This document shows positions 48,876 through 60,567 of a stretch of 64,000 nucleotides of DNA, one piece after another (positions within the stretch are counted from its first letter, which is position 1; every line of letters begins with the position of its first letter). Made by a program: the position numbers and the translations under genes. The notes beneath the pieces are model-generated. The model was not told the DNA's origin and did not search any database. It worked only from the letters and a program-made list of their open reading frames with translations. Source of the stretch: Watersipora subatra (lineage: Eukaryota); contig NC_088716.1 of assembly GCF_963576615.1 (NCBI RefSeq), positions 43,495,910 through 43,559,909 of the forward strand. The letters run 5' to 3'.

Positions 48876-51016
48876 GCATCACCGCCCATTCTCCAGCGTT
48901 GCCTGTGATATGGCGATAGAACAGACTGTCAATCGGAATTCTAAATCACAGGGAGGTCTCATTGGATTCACAAAAACCCAATCTGCCTCACAGAGATGGA
49001 CCATGGCGCATCCACAAAGGACAGCTGTGCACACAGAAATAAAAAACCTTCTAGAATTGGACTCCACTACTCAGACAAGCACGGCTTGTCAGAATCAGCA
49101 TGGAAAGCTGACGAAGATATAAGATGTATCATCAAAGAAATCATATTAGCTCGAATCAACCTATTCAAGCACAAATGTAAAAACCTTGTCTCTATCGTCA
49201 GTAGAGTGGAGGCTTCAACTGACATTGCCTATGATTTACAAAATGCAAGACAGATCGGAGAAAAGCAGTTTCAAGATTTTGTCACCAAACGGATGGCAAC
49301 TCAAGAAGTAGAATTCAATGCACCAATAAAGGCAAAGAAACTGAAAGATTTTGCTTTGAGTCAAAGTGCTAAGAAGACTTCTAGTAAGAAAAATCTACAG
49401 TGTACAGGACGGATCTTTGATCGTCTTCTTGTAATCAGCCAGCAGAGGAACATCGATCTTAGAAAAGTACTTTCTTATTCCCTTGGCAATGTAAGCTGGA
49501 GCCTGGCAAATGCGGATGGATTGATGATGAAGACAGCTAAGTCTACCCTTATGACAGCATTGGAGAAAGAGCTAGAGCCACATCCAACATGTTACACAAA
49601 ATTTGAAAACCTTCCAAAATTTGATGCTGTGGTCATTGATGGAATGGCTGAGATTCAAGCTTTGAAACCCCCAGCAACATTCGGAATGGTTGCTAGTGTC
49701 CTATTGAAAAGGCTAGCATCAATCGCTACATCATATGGCTTTTCTCGGGTGGATTTTGTCTGTGATAGCTATCCTGAGGCCAGCATCAAATCAACAGAAT
49801 GAATGCGTCGTGGATTGAAAGGTAGTCAAAAGGTGACAATTTTTGGATCGAATCAAATGGTACCAAAATGGTCAGACTTCTTGGCAGAGAAGCTGCCAGG
49901 AAGTTAACAAAGAAGTTTTGGTGGCTTTCTTGAGTAAGGAGTGGAGCAGTGCACAGATCAAACAGGATCTTGATGTATACATAGCATTTTCTTCCAAGTG
50001 CAACAAGATCAGTTTTCAAATGGATGGGAACACTAGTAATAAAATTATAGTGAGTCTAGCATCAGATCATGAGGAAGCTGACACAAGAATGATAGCACAT
50101 ATAATGTCTATCATGGAAGACTAAGGATCGAACTGTACGGTGATGATAAAGTGTCAAGATACAGATGTGTTTATGATTTGTATATCTTTGGTACATGAGC
50201 TTCCATCAGATCGATTGTACTACTTCTGTGGGAAGAAAGAACGAATGCGATACATACACATTGGAAATGTATCAGGTATTCTAACACCGCCCTACTGCCA
50301 AGCACCTCTGGGTCTACATGCACTCAGCGGTTGTGATAGTATCAGCGCATTTCATTCAAAGGGAAAGAAATCCTTTTTGAATTTGCTCAATCAGAACCCT
50401 GAGTTCATCAACGTATTAAGCTCTTTGGGCTTAGAGTTTGAGGTTGATGATGATACTCAGCAGGCTTTATAATATTGACACAACTGAAAAGGTCAATGAA
50501 GCAAGTTATTTGGTTTATTGCTCTCCCTCAAGGATTTCCCAAGCTAACCTTCCTCCAACCCAAGATGAATTGAGGCTGCATGTAATGAGAGCTGGTTACC
50601 AAGCAGCCATATGGCGTAGAGCTGTGCAGCCAACAATTGATCCACCCCTACCCACTAATCATGGCTGGACTTTGTATAATGGAAATCTCAAAATCACATG
50701 GATGACACAGAACCCAGCGCCTTCTGATGTGATGAAAGACATGTTTTGTTGATGTAAGACAGGATGTTCATCCAATAGATGCCAGCGCCAGAAGGCTGGA
50801 CTCAAATGTACAGATATGTGCCAGTGCAAGGACTGTGGAAACAAAACTGGTGTTGAAGAAGAGAATACAGATTCTGATGAGGATGTCGGTAAAGCTAGGT
50901 TATTATACATCAAGTATCAGGTTATTTCTTTGAAAGTTTGCAGAAAATTTCCACTCATGATACCTTTCCCTGATACCAGACAGAAAAAAAATTCTACATT
51001 TTGGTCCAATCTTTAA
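48670..51016 (+). pseudogene. Degraded C-terminal half of the same gene, carrying the PIN/FEN-like 5'-nuclease motifs and the Cys-rich CXC-like tail.
   Basis: ORFs 48670..49122, 48996..49802, 49843..50124, 50140..50472, 50438..50752 and 50816..51016 form one continuous protein once frameshifts at ~48780, ~49090 and ~50470 are allowed for. There is an in-frame TAA at 50122-50124 (SIMED*GSNCTVMIKCQD) and an in-frame TGA at 50749-50751 (MFC*CKTGC). The motifs are SLASDHEEADTRMIAHI, VMIKCQDTDVFMICISL, ALSGCDSISAFHSKGKKSFLNLL and CKTGCSSNRCQRQKAGLKCTDMCQCKDCGN. Confidence 0.6.
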
Positions 51017-52448
51017 ACAGCTGTGACAGTTTTTGATTCATTTTTCCTTCTTGTAGATGTATAGGAGATAACACACAGTCATGGTGCTACATCAGACCGA
51101 CAGACAGACAAATTATGTAATCCATTATATTATATAATATCGTGTATAAGTTCAAATCTATGCAACTTAGAAAGATATAAATATTAAATCTGAAATATAC
51201 TACAAATTCTGATCTTGATTGATGTGTTGCAACCTCTTTGCTTTCCCCAAATGATGAACTGGAGAAATTTGAAATTATATCATTAAATTCATGTATTACA
51301 TAATACATTATGAAAATGTTGTGGCCAGTTGAGAGAATTGTCAATTACATACTCAGAACAAGCTTCAAATTTTAGTCCAAAAACACATGGAATTTAGTGG
51401 TATTCACAATTATATTTAATACATACTTCAAGTTACGCATCTAACTTACATAATAATATCATGTAATATAAATTCAAATCCATCCGTTTTTGAAATCTTA
51501 TAATATGATATTTGAAATCAGCTACAAATTTGGATCTAGTTTGATGTATCACAGTCCCGCTCTGTTCTGGTCGAACTTGTAAATTATAAAAATTATATTA
51601 TTAATTTATTGTATCATATAATACATTATAATTAGTCTGGTGGCTAGTTTAGAAGTGTAGAAACTAGATATTCAGAATCAGCATAAAATTCTGGTCTAGA
51701 ACATTATTTCAGCATATTGTCCATCCTAATATAAAATAAATCAATTTTTTTGAGCACTTTATGGTAGGCTGCTGCTCCGCTATAAGGTTTGATTGCTAAA
51801 TCGGTAAAGGAAAATATTTTTCACGCGGTTAATTGTATTATCTCGAGTAGGAATAGCCTTTACATTCTCTTTCCGTTCGGTCAGACAAAATACCAGACAA
51901 AGACAGTCCGATATCTCATTTTTAGATTTGTACCAGTATCAAGAGGTACCAGTATTGTCGTATTGAAAGTTTTGATAGATTGCGTCTGCTGGAACAGTAA
52001 CCTTTTTATACACACACACGCACACATTTCTATGCAATAATTGTTATTATTAATTCAACATATTCAGGACTTTTATACTACTTTCTCAGTTCGTAATAAT
52101 TGTATCATTACCAAACCATCTTTTATTGTAATCGTAGCTAAACAGGCTTAATTTAGCTATTACTAATAATTATTTCATATTTATATTTAAACACTTTTAT
52201 AGTTGTTTTATTTCGTTCCTTAATTTATTTTACCTGCACAAAATTTTTTCCTCATAATTTGAAATTTAAAAGTTACAGTTGTTTGACAAAGTTTGAAAAC
52301 CTTTACAGTTTTATTTTTTCTCTTAATTTATTTAAACTGCACAAAACACTTTTCACATGATTTGAAAGTTAGAATGTTAACTGTTGTTATATGTTAAATA
52401 AAAATGATTTTTCTGTGCAAAGAATTTTATTACCCGGGCAACAACGGA

Positions 52449-52491
52449 CATTCGTCTAGTGTATATATATATATGTATATATACATATGTA

Positions 52492-52525
<34 letters not shown>

Positions 52526-52705
52526 AGTTGCATATATATATAGTTTAGATACAGGGAATATATACAATATATGTATATTCCCTGTATATATGTTGTATAG
52601 ATACTGTGTATATATATAGTATATTCAGGGAATATATATATATTGAATATAAACACTGTATGTATACAATATATATATATACATGTACAGAGAATATACA
52701 TTTCT
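52449..52705. repeat. (TATATAC..)n satellite next to a reverse-oriented copy of the 'cccgggtaata...' module (52300-52450).
   Basis: The reverse complement of 52300-52450 matches 37575-37700 and 24060-24180. Confidence 0.8.
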
Positions 52706-54134
52706 TACGTTATTACTACAAGTAAAACAACAATAATAGTTATCATTAATTCTTTCGCAACGAAATGTTTTTACCGAAACAAATTGGCTCATATAAGTTT
52801 TCATAACATTTGACCAAATTAATTTGCACAAAATTTAACATCATCTGATCCAATAAAAAAGTCACAATTGTGTTGCAGAAAGAGTTCAGCCACCTTTTGT
52901 TCTCTTCATACTACCATGGTTGACAAGTTGAGCATGTTCTGAGTCAGACGAGTTGAGTTACCGCTATTACTATAGCTTACATCATTATCGTTATTGTTAT
53001 TATTACTTCATTGCTTACATCATTATTATTACCTACCTACTTATTACCTACCATTATTATTACCATTTCCTAGCAATTAAGAAGCGATATGATAGGCTAA
53101 TTATACACAGCGGACACTCGTCTTACAATTTTAATTCATTGTAGTGATGTCATCGTCTAGTAAAAATGTCATGTAGAGGGGTATAGAAACCCATAGTAAC
53201 TATCCAATAGAAACACCCCTGGTAAAAATCATCAAAATTCTATATACGTAGTGTACATATTAAAAATTAGTAACAAAATAGTATATTAACCTTAGTAACC
53301 ATAACTACCTACAGTTACTTTAGTGTATTTAGTGGTTATGATCAGCAATAAATTTAATATTACAATGTACAGTGCACCCTTAGGATACGGTTTTAATCCA
53401 AACTTGATACGAATTTCCACTTTTTATCACTAAAACTTAACGCAATTTGCTTATGGCTTCGTTTTCAATATAATGTTAGTCGATCTTATTAAAACTTTTC
53501 TCAACATAATGCGGCAAAAAAACCCAAACGATGCCGTTTTCGCAAGAAGTGGATTTTTGTTAGCAGGTTAAGAGAAATTGTCTGACCATTGCCCTTCTGT
53601 TTGAAGGGATCGCAACTCCAACTTTGTGATTGGTTTAATGGGAAAATATTCCCGTTTTACACGTGAGAATTGCCACACTGGAAGAAACCGGTCATTGTGT
53701 TTCTTTCAAACAACATTTACGGCAAACATCAATTTGGTGTCTTCGCTATTTTGACGTACGTAATAAGCACACCAGCTGCTAAATTTGAACTCAGGCGAAA
53801 ATTTTGTTGAATTTTTATGGTGAAATAAGATTCGTATGGTGATATGAAAAAATCATCATGTTCCAATTCGTAAGGTGACAAAATCATATATCAAGGTTAT
53901 CGTACCCTGAAGGTGCACTGTATAAAAGTATAAACAACTAACTACAAGAAGTATGACACAATAATCTCGGACATGGCAATAAGTAAGACATGCATCACAT
54001 TACACCAATGAAGATGAACAACTTGAAAACTATTTGCGGAGCTCATGTGTCGGCATTTGAAAATTGTGGGTTCTCAATGTAGCTCCAAACTTAATGGTAT
54101 GTAATCAATGCAAGAGTGTAACAGAAATGTTACG

Positions 54135-56452
54135 TTCTCCTAGCATGCTCTTACATGTATATATATGTTCTCCTAGCATGCTCTTACATGTATATATATG
54201 TTCTGCTAGCCTGCACTTACATGTATATATATGTTCTGCTAGCCTGCACTTACGTGTATATGTTCTGCTAGCATGCTCTTACATGTATATATATGTTCTG
54301 CTAGCATGCTCTTACATGTATATATATATGTTCTGCTAGCATGCTCTTACATGTATATATATGTTCTGCTAGCATGCTCTTACATGTATATATATATGTT
54401 CTGCTAGCATGCTCTTACATGTATATATATGTTCTGCTAGCATGCCCTTACATGTATATATATGTTCTGCTAGCATGCTCTTACATGTATATATATGTTC
54501 TGCTAGCATGCTCTTACATGTATATATATGTTCTGCTAGCATGCTCTTACATTTATATATATGTTCTGCTACCATGCTCTTACGTGTATATATATGTTCT
54601 GCTAGCATGCTCTTACATGTATATATATGTTCTGCTAGCATGCTCTTACATGTATATATATATGTTCTGCTAGCATGCTCTTACATGTATATATATGTTC
54701 TGCTAGCATGCTCTTACATGTATATATATATATGTTCTGCTAGCATGCTCTTACATGTATATATACGTTCTGCTAGCATGCTCTTACATGTATATATATG
54801 TTCTGCTAGCATGCTCTTACATGTATATATATGTTCTGCTAGCATGCTCTTACATGTATATATATATGTTCTGCTAGCATGCTCTTACATGTATATATAT
54901 GTTCTGCTACCATGCTCTTACATGTATATATATGTTCTGCTAGCATGCTCTTACATGTATATATATGTTCTGCTAGCATGCTCTTACATGTATATATATA
55001 TGTTCTGCTAGCATGCACTTACATGTATATATATATGTTCTGCTAGCATGCACTTACATGTATATATATGTTCTGCTGGCCTGCACTTACATGTATATAT
55101 ATGTTCTGCTAGCATGCTCTTACATGTATATATATGTTCTGCTAGCCTGCACTTACATGTATATATATGTTCTGCTAGCATGCTCTTACATGTATAAATA
55201 TGTTCTGCTAGCCTGCACTTACATGTATATATATGTTCTGCTAGCCTGCACTTACATGTATATATATGTTCTGCTAGCCTGCACTTACATGTATATATAT
55301 GTTCTGCTAGCCTGCACTTACATGTATATATATGTTCTGCTAGCATGCTCTTACATGTATATATATGTTCTCCTAGCATGCTCTTACATGTATATATATG
55401 TTCAGCTAGCATGCTCTTACATTTATATATATGTTCTGCTAGCATGCTCTTACATGTATATCTATGTTCTGCTAGCCTGCACTTACATGTATATATATGT
55501 TTTGCTAGCCTGCACTTACATGTATATATATGTTCTTCTAGCATGCTCTTACATGTATATATATGTTCTGCTAGCATGCTCTTACATGTATATATATGTT
55601 CTGCTAGCCTGCACTTACATGTATATATATGTTCTGCTAGCATGCTCTTATATGTATATATACGTTCTGCTAGCATGCACTTACATGTATATATATTTTC
55701 TGCTAGCATGCTCTTACATGTATATATACGTTCGGCTAACATGCTCTTACATGTATATATATGTTCTGCTAGCATGCTCTTACATGTATATATATGTTCT
55801 GCTAGCATGCTCTTACATGTATATATATGTTCTGCTAGCATGCTCTTACATGTATATATATGTTCTGCTAGCCTGCACTTACATGTATATATATGTTCAG
55901 CTAGCATGCTCTTACATGTATATATATGTTCTGCTAGCATGCTCTTACATGTATATATATGTTCTGCTAGCATGCTCTTACATTTATATATATGTTCTGC
56001 TAGCATGCTCTTACATGTATATATACGTTCGGCTAACATGCTCTTACATGTATATATATGTTCTGCTAGCATGCTCTTACATGTATATATATGTTCTGCT
56101 AGCATGCTCTTACATGTATATATATGTTCTGCTAGCATGCTCTTACATGTATATATATGTTCTGCTAGCCTGCACTTACATGTATATATATGTTCAGCTA
56201 GCATGCTCTTACATGTATATATATGTTCTGCTAGCATGCTCTTACATGTATATATATGTTCTGCTAGCATGCTCTTACATTTATATATATGTTCTGCTAG
56301 CATGCTCTTACATGTATATATATGTTCTCCTAGCATGCTCTTACGTGTATATATATGTTCTGCTAGCATGCTCTTACATGTATATCTATGTTCAGCTAGC
56401 ATGCTCTTACATTTATATATATGTTCTGCTAGCATGCACTTACATGTATATA
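54135..56452. repeat. 2.3 kb minisatellite of 33-35-bp units (gttctgctagcatgctcttacatgtatatatat, with variants cctgcacttac/tcctag), about 68 copies.
   Basis: Direct periodicity. The 33-bp unit has no stop codons in several frames, which creates the long artefactual ORFs 55008..56435 (-), 55013..56470 (+), 55345..56463 (+) and 54409..55011 (+). Confidence 0.95.
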
Positions 56453-56734
56453 CAGTGGTGTGAAAAATAAATGGACCACCTTATAAAACTTGGTCATTGC
56501 TAGCGCTCAGCACTCAAGGTGATTAAATCCCTCATTAAGCTCTTGTTATTGAGTAGAACCTATACATAGTATACATCAAAAGAAAGCTTAGAATGAGTAG
56601 AACTTGATGAAACTAATTTTAGCTTGAAACAACAATGTTAGATAAGTTTTAGAGAGAGTCAAAGTTAGCAATTATTTTTGGCATTTCCACTCATTTTGAA
56701 TAAAATTAAACCTTTATTTTATTTATGTTCAAAC

Positions 56735-57245
56735 TCAAAGCAGTGATGGTACTCAGATCAAAGACGTTGTGTGAAACGATCTTCACGTCGTTATGTTGTG
56801 TACAACAGAATAGTTTTCTTTGAAGTTGCTAACTTGCTATAAAAGTGAACTTCTAGCGTTGGTAGATTAATTCAGTGAAATCATTCAGTCATTTTTCCGT
56901 CCTCTACCCTTTCTTTCCTGTAAGTCACCTTGCTCACCAAACCGTTTGATGGTGTTACAAACAGTACTTTTAGCAACCTTTACTTCTTTGGTAATCTCCC
57001 GCTGTGATTTGCCTTCCTGGTAAAGGTGTACGATGACTGCTCGCTTTGCTTCTGTAAGATGACGAGGCATGATGTCGATGTTTGACTGAATGAATCTACC
57101 AACGCTAGAAGTTCACTTTTATAGCAAGTTAGCAACTTCAAAGACAAATTATTCTGTTGTGCAAAACGTAACGACATGAGGATTGTTTAACGCAACGTCT
57201 TTGATGTGAGTACCATCACTGCTCTAGTTGAACGAAGTTGAACAA
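56735..57245 (-). mobile_element. Internally deleted Tc1/mariner relic: ~140-bp TIRs flank a 61-aa remnant of the transposase N-terminal paired-like HTH.
   Basis: ORF 56885..57070 (-) is MPRHLTEAKRAVIVHLYQEGKSQREITKEVKVAKSTVCNTIKRFGEQGDLQERKGRGRKND, the classic Tc1 N-terminus. 56750-56880 is the reverse complement of 57070-57225 ('cagtgatggtactcagatcaaagacgttg'). No DDE domain remains. Confidence 0.7.
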
Positions 57246-57264
57246 AAAAGCAATGAGAGGTATT

Positions 57265-57580
57265 CCAAAAAGGAAGGGAAAATAAATGTTCCTGAAAAGA
57301 AAGGAAAATAGATGTTCCGAAAAGGGAAGATAGATGTTCCTAAAAGGAAGGGAAGATAGATTTTATTAAAAAGAAGGGAAGATAGATGTTTCTAAAAGGA
57401 AGGAAAGCTAGATGTTACTGAAATAAAGGGAAGATAGATGTACCTAACAGGAAGAAAAAATAGAAGTTCCAAAAAGGAAGGAAATATAGATGTTCCAAAA
57501 AGGAAGGAAATATAGATGTTCCAAAAAGGAAGGAAATATAGATGTTCCAAAAAGGAAGGAAATATAGATGTTTCTATTAA
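57265..57580. repeat. 26-bp tandem repeat (gatgttccaaaaaggaaggaaatata), about 12 copies with variants.
   Basis: Direct periodicity. Followed at 57600-57700 by 5 copies of an 11-bp 'tcgagctctca' repeat. Confidence 0.85.
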
Positions 57581-57949
57581 TGAAAGAAAAAATGTAACTT
57601 GAACTTACCGTCTAAAGCCATGCAATATATCGAGCTCTCAATCGAGCTCTCACTCGAGCTCTCACTCGAGCTCTCAATCGAGCTCTCACTTAAGCCTGAA
57701 ATACAAATAACAACATGGATATGCAAGTATTAGTCTATAAATTTCTCAATCGCAAAAGTCTAGTTAGGCTTTGCCTGACAGAGTACAGCGTAATCTGTAT
57801 GAGTTGATTTGATAGCGGCAGCAATTTAAAGTTAGATTATCTTCCTGTAACAAAAAGTGACATATTTTGGAAATTGTCTTCCAATCTGCTGTGCACAGGT
57901 CAGGCACTCTCAATTGTTGAAGCATGGCTGCTCATCTATGTATAGTATA

Positions 57950-58127
57950 TATATATATACATATATGTTTATATATATGAACATATGTTTATATATATAT
58001 ACATATATATGTTTATATATATACATATATGTTTATATATATACATATATGTTTATATATATACATATATGTTTATATATACATATATATATATATATTA
58101 TATATATATATATTTATATATATATAT

Positions 58128-58159
<32 letters not shown>

Positions 58160-58170
58160 CACATACAGGA
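57950..58170. repeat. TA-rich microsatellite (tatatatacatatatgtt-type units).
   Basis: Direct inspection. Produces the artefactual ORFs 57857..58212. Confidence 0.9.
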
Positions 58171-58240
58171 CAGATAGCGCAGTTGGTGAGGTATCGGGAC
58201 CGTGATCATTAGGTCCTCGGTTCAAACCCCAACAACTGCA
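58165..58240 (+). other. tRNA-like segment (gatagcgcagttggtgaggtatcgggaccgtgatcattaggtcctcggttcaaacccc), followed by nested palindromes.
   Basis: It has A-box-like 'tagcgcagttggt' and B-box-like 'ggttcaaaccc', but no acceptor stem. It is followed at 58245-58310 by the hairpins 'ctgtagctgaa..ttcagctacag' and 'cagctacaggcagc..gctgcctgtagctg'. Confidence 0.4.
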
Positions 58241-59448
58241 CTTTTCTGTAGCTGAACTGCACGTTTCAGCTACAGGCAGCTAAGCGCTGCCTGTAGCTGA
58301 ACCAGGACAAGGCAGTGAAAAATGGGTTACTGGTTCAAAACGGATGAAATGGACTCAGACTGATAACACGGTCCTCATGCAGTGCTACTTTATGAGTGAA
58401 CTTCAAAAGTGGGGCTACATGGGAAGGATGCGTCAACTGTGGATAAACATGCGCCCTGAAATTGCCACTAACCGCTAAGCAACTTGTAGCTCAGAGGAGT
58501 AACATGATCAAGCGGTACCTCATATCGGAACTTGAGGTAGATGAAATTAGAGAACAATTCACCCAAGTAACCTCAACCAACAAAAAGTGCATGTCAACAC
58601 ACACTGTCACACATACACGATCATGTGTTGACTCACAGGTTGAAGGAGACATGCCTCAACTCACCCTTGGGTCAAGGGTGAGTTGAGGCATGTCTCCTTC
58701 AACCTGTGAGTCAACACAGGTTGAAGGAGTTGTTGATGATATTTTCCGCAAGCTCTCTCACCCTTGGGTCAAGGGTGAGAGAGCTTGCGGAAAATATCAT
58801 CAACAACATGTCAGCTGCTAATGATTATGGAAGCAGGGTACCACTACGAAGAGTTAGCAAGGCCATACCTAAGAAGCTGTTAGAAGACATTAACTTGGCA
58901 CTGAAGTTGATCTCAACTGAATCGATCAGTGAGACTAATGCCTTAATCTACAGTACAGCAACCATCATCTTGGAGGAGATGGATATTAAGCCACTGCCAA
59001 CAAGGCAGTTCCATCCTGGCAGCTGAGGCTACAAAATAAGATCAAGCACTTGCGCAAGAAAGTTAGTAGGCTCAGTGAGAGATCTAACCACAGTTTGAAG
59101 CGTCCAAAAAGGGAAGCCACAGAAGAAGCTCTAGAATCTGCCAAACAGCAGCTAGTAGCACTCTCGGCACGACTGAAGCGGTACACCAAAGAGCGGGATA
59201 ACAAGAGAATGAACAAACTGTTCATCAAAAATTCGTCTAGAGTGTATTCCCAGTTCAAAGGTGAACTGCAGAGGCCAATGTCTGAGCCTCTCCGATCAAA
59301 GTTCAAACTTCAAATTTCTGGAAGGACATCTGGGAGAAAGAGACTACTCATAACACCACTGCAAACTGGCTGAAGAGGCTTAAAGAGAGCCATCAACACA
59401 CTGTGGCTCAGCAAGGACTCACCATCAGCAAATAGCATCAAGTGCAGA

Positions 59449-60567
59449 GTGCAGCGTATGAAGAACTGGGCAGCACCTGGCCATGACATGATTCAAGCCT
59501 TCTGGTTGAAGAAATTGACATCACTTCACACTAGAATGGCTAAGCAGATGGAATGCCTAATAAAACAAGGTGACCATCCAGAATGGCTGACCAAAGGACG
59601 AACTGTACTTCTGATAAAAGATCCAAAGCAGGGGCCAATTCCCAAAAACTATCGACCAATAACGTGCTTGCCCACCACTTGGAAACTGCTCTCCGGAATA
59701 GTTGCAGACAAACTGGAAGAGCACATGAGTCACTATATGACCATCGCTCAGAAAGGAATTGGGCGCAACACCCGAGGAGCCAAACATCAGTTACTGGTGG
59801 ATCGGACGATCTGTCAAGACAGCAGGAAAAGGCAAACCAATCTTGCCATGGCTTGCATTGACTACAAAAAGGTCTATGACTCAATTCCCCATAGTTGGAT
59901 ACTTGAGTGCCTCAGTATGTACAATGTTCACCCTGCTCTTGTGGCATTCATCAAGATGTCAATGACCAAATGGAAGATGGAACTGGAGGCTAATGGCAAA
60001 AAGCTGGCGAGTGTCAAAATTAAGCGAGGCATCTATCAATGTGACTCCTTATCACCGCTGCTCTTCTGCATATGCCTAAACCCTCTAAGCAATATGCTGG
60101 AGGAGACTCAATATGGGTACCAGTTTAAGAATGGCACCAAGATGAACCACCTCTTCTACATGGATGACATCAAGCTGTACGCTAACAAAGAAAGGGACAT
60201 TGATTCGCTAATACACCTCACTCAGGTATACAGCAAGGACATCGGAATGACCTTCGGTATTGAGAAATGTGGAAGGCTAACTCTTAAGAAAGGCCATTCT
60301 ATGTTCACAGATGGCCTAAGAATGCCAAATGGTACCATCAAAGATATAGAAGAAGGGTACAAGTACTTGGGGATTATGCAAAGCAACATCAACCACGAAG
60401 CCAAGGTACGTCACAAAGCCATTACAGAATACAAGAAACGCCTTCGGCAGGTCCTACGGAGCCAGCTCAATGCCAAGAACCAAGTCATGGCAATAAATAC
60501 CTACGCACTGCCAGTAATAAGATATCCATCAGGCATAATAAAGTGGACTGAGGAAGCCATCAAATAA
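59449..60567 (+). CDS. Reverse transcriptase domain of the LINE.
   Basis: PGHDMI, ITCLPTTWKLLSGIVADKL, IDYKKVYDSIPHSW, QCDSLSPLLF and FYMDDIKLYA correspond to RT motifs 0-5. The 'M' at 59449 is internal to the element ORF. Confidence 0.7.
   Translation: MQRMKNWAAPGHDMIQAFWLKKLTSLHTRMAKQMECLIKQGDHPEWLTKGRTVLLIKDPKQGPIPKNYRPITCLPTTWKLLSGIVADKLEEHMSHYMTIAQKGIGRNTRGAKHQLLVDRTICQDSRKRQTNLAMACIDYKKVYDSIPHSWILECLSMYNVHPALVAFIKMSMTKWKMELEANGKKLASVKIKRGIYQCDSLSPLLFCICLNPLSNMLEETQYGYQFKNGTKMNHLFYMDDIKLYANKERDIDSLIHLTQVYSKDIGMTFGIEKCGRLTLKKGHSMFTDGLRMPNGTIKDIEEGYKYLGIMQSNINHEAKVRHKAITEYKKRLRQVLRSQLNAKNQVMAINTYALPVIRYPSGIIKWTEEAIK

Noticed and set aside
54369-56470. The 372-485-aa ORFs on both strands (MLAEHIYTCKSMLAEH..., YMYIYVLLACSYMYIY..., MLLHVYICSAS...).
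   Set aside because: They lie entirely within a 33-35-bp tandem array. They are perfectly periodic, low in complexity, and overlap in several frames on both strands, which makes them artefacts of a stop-free repeat unit.
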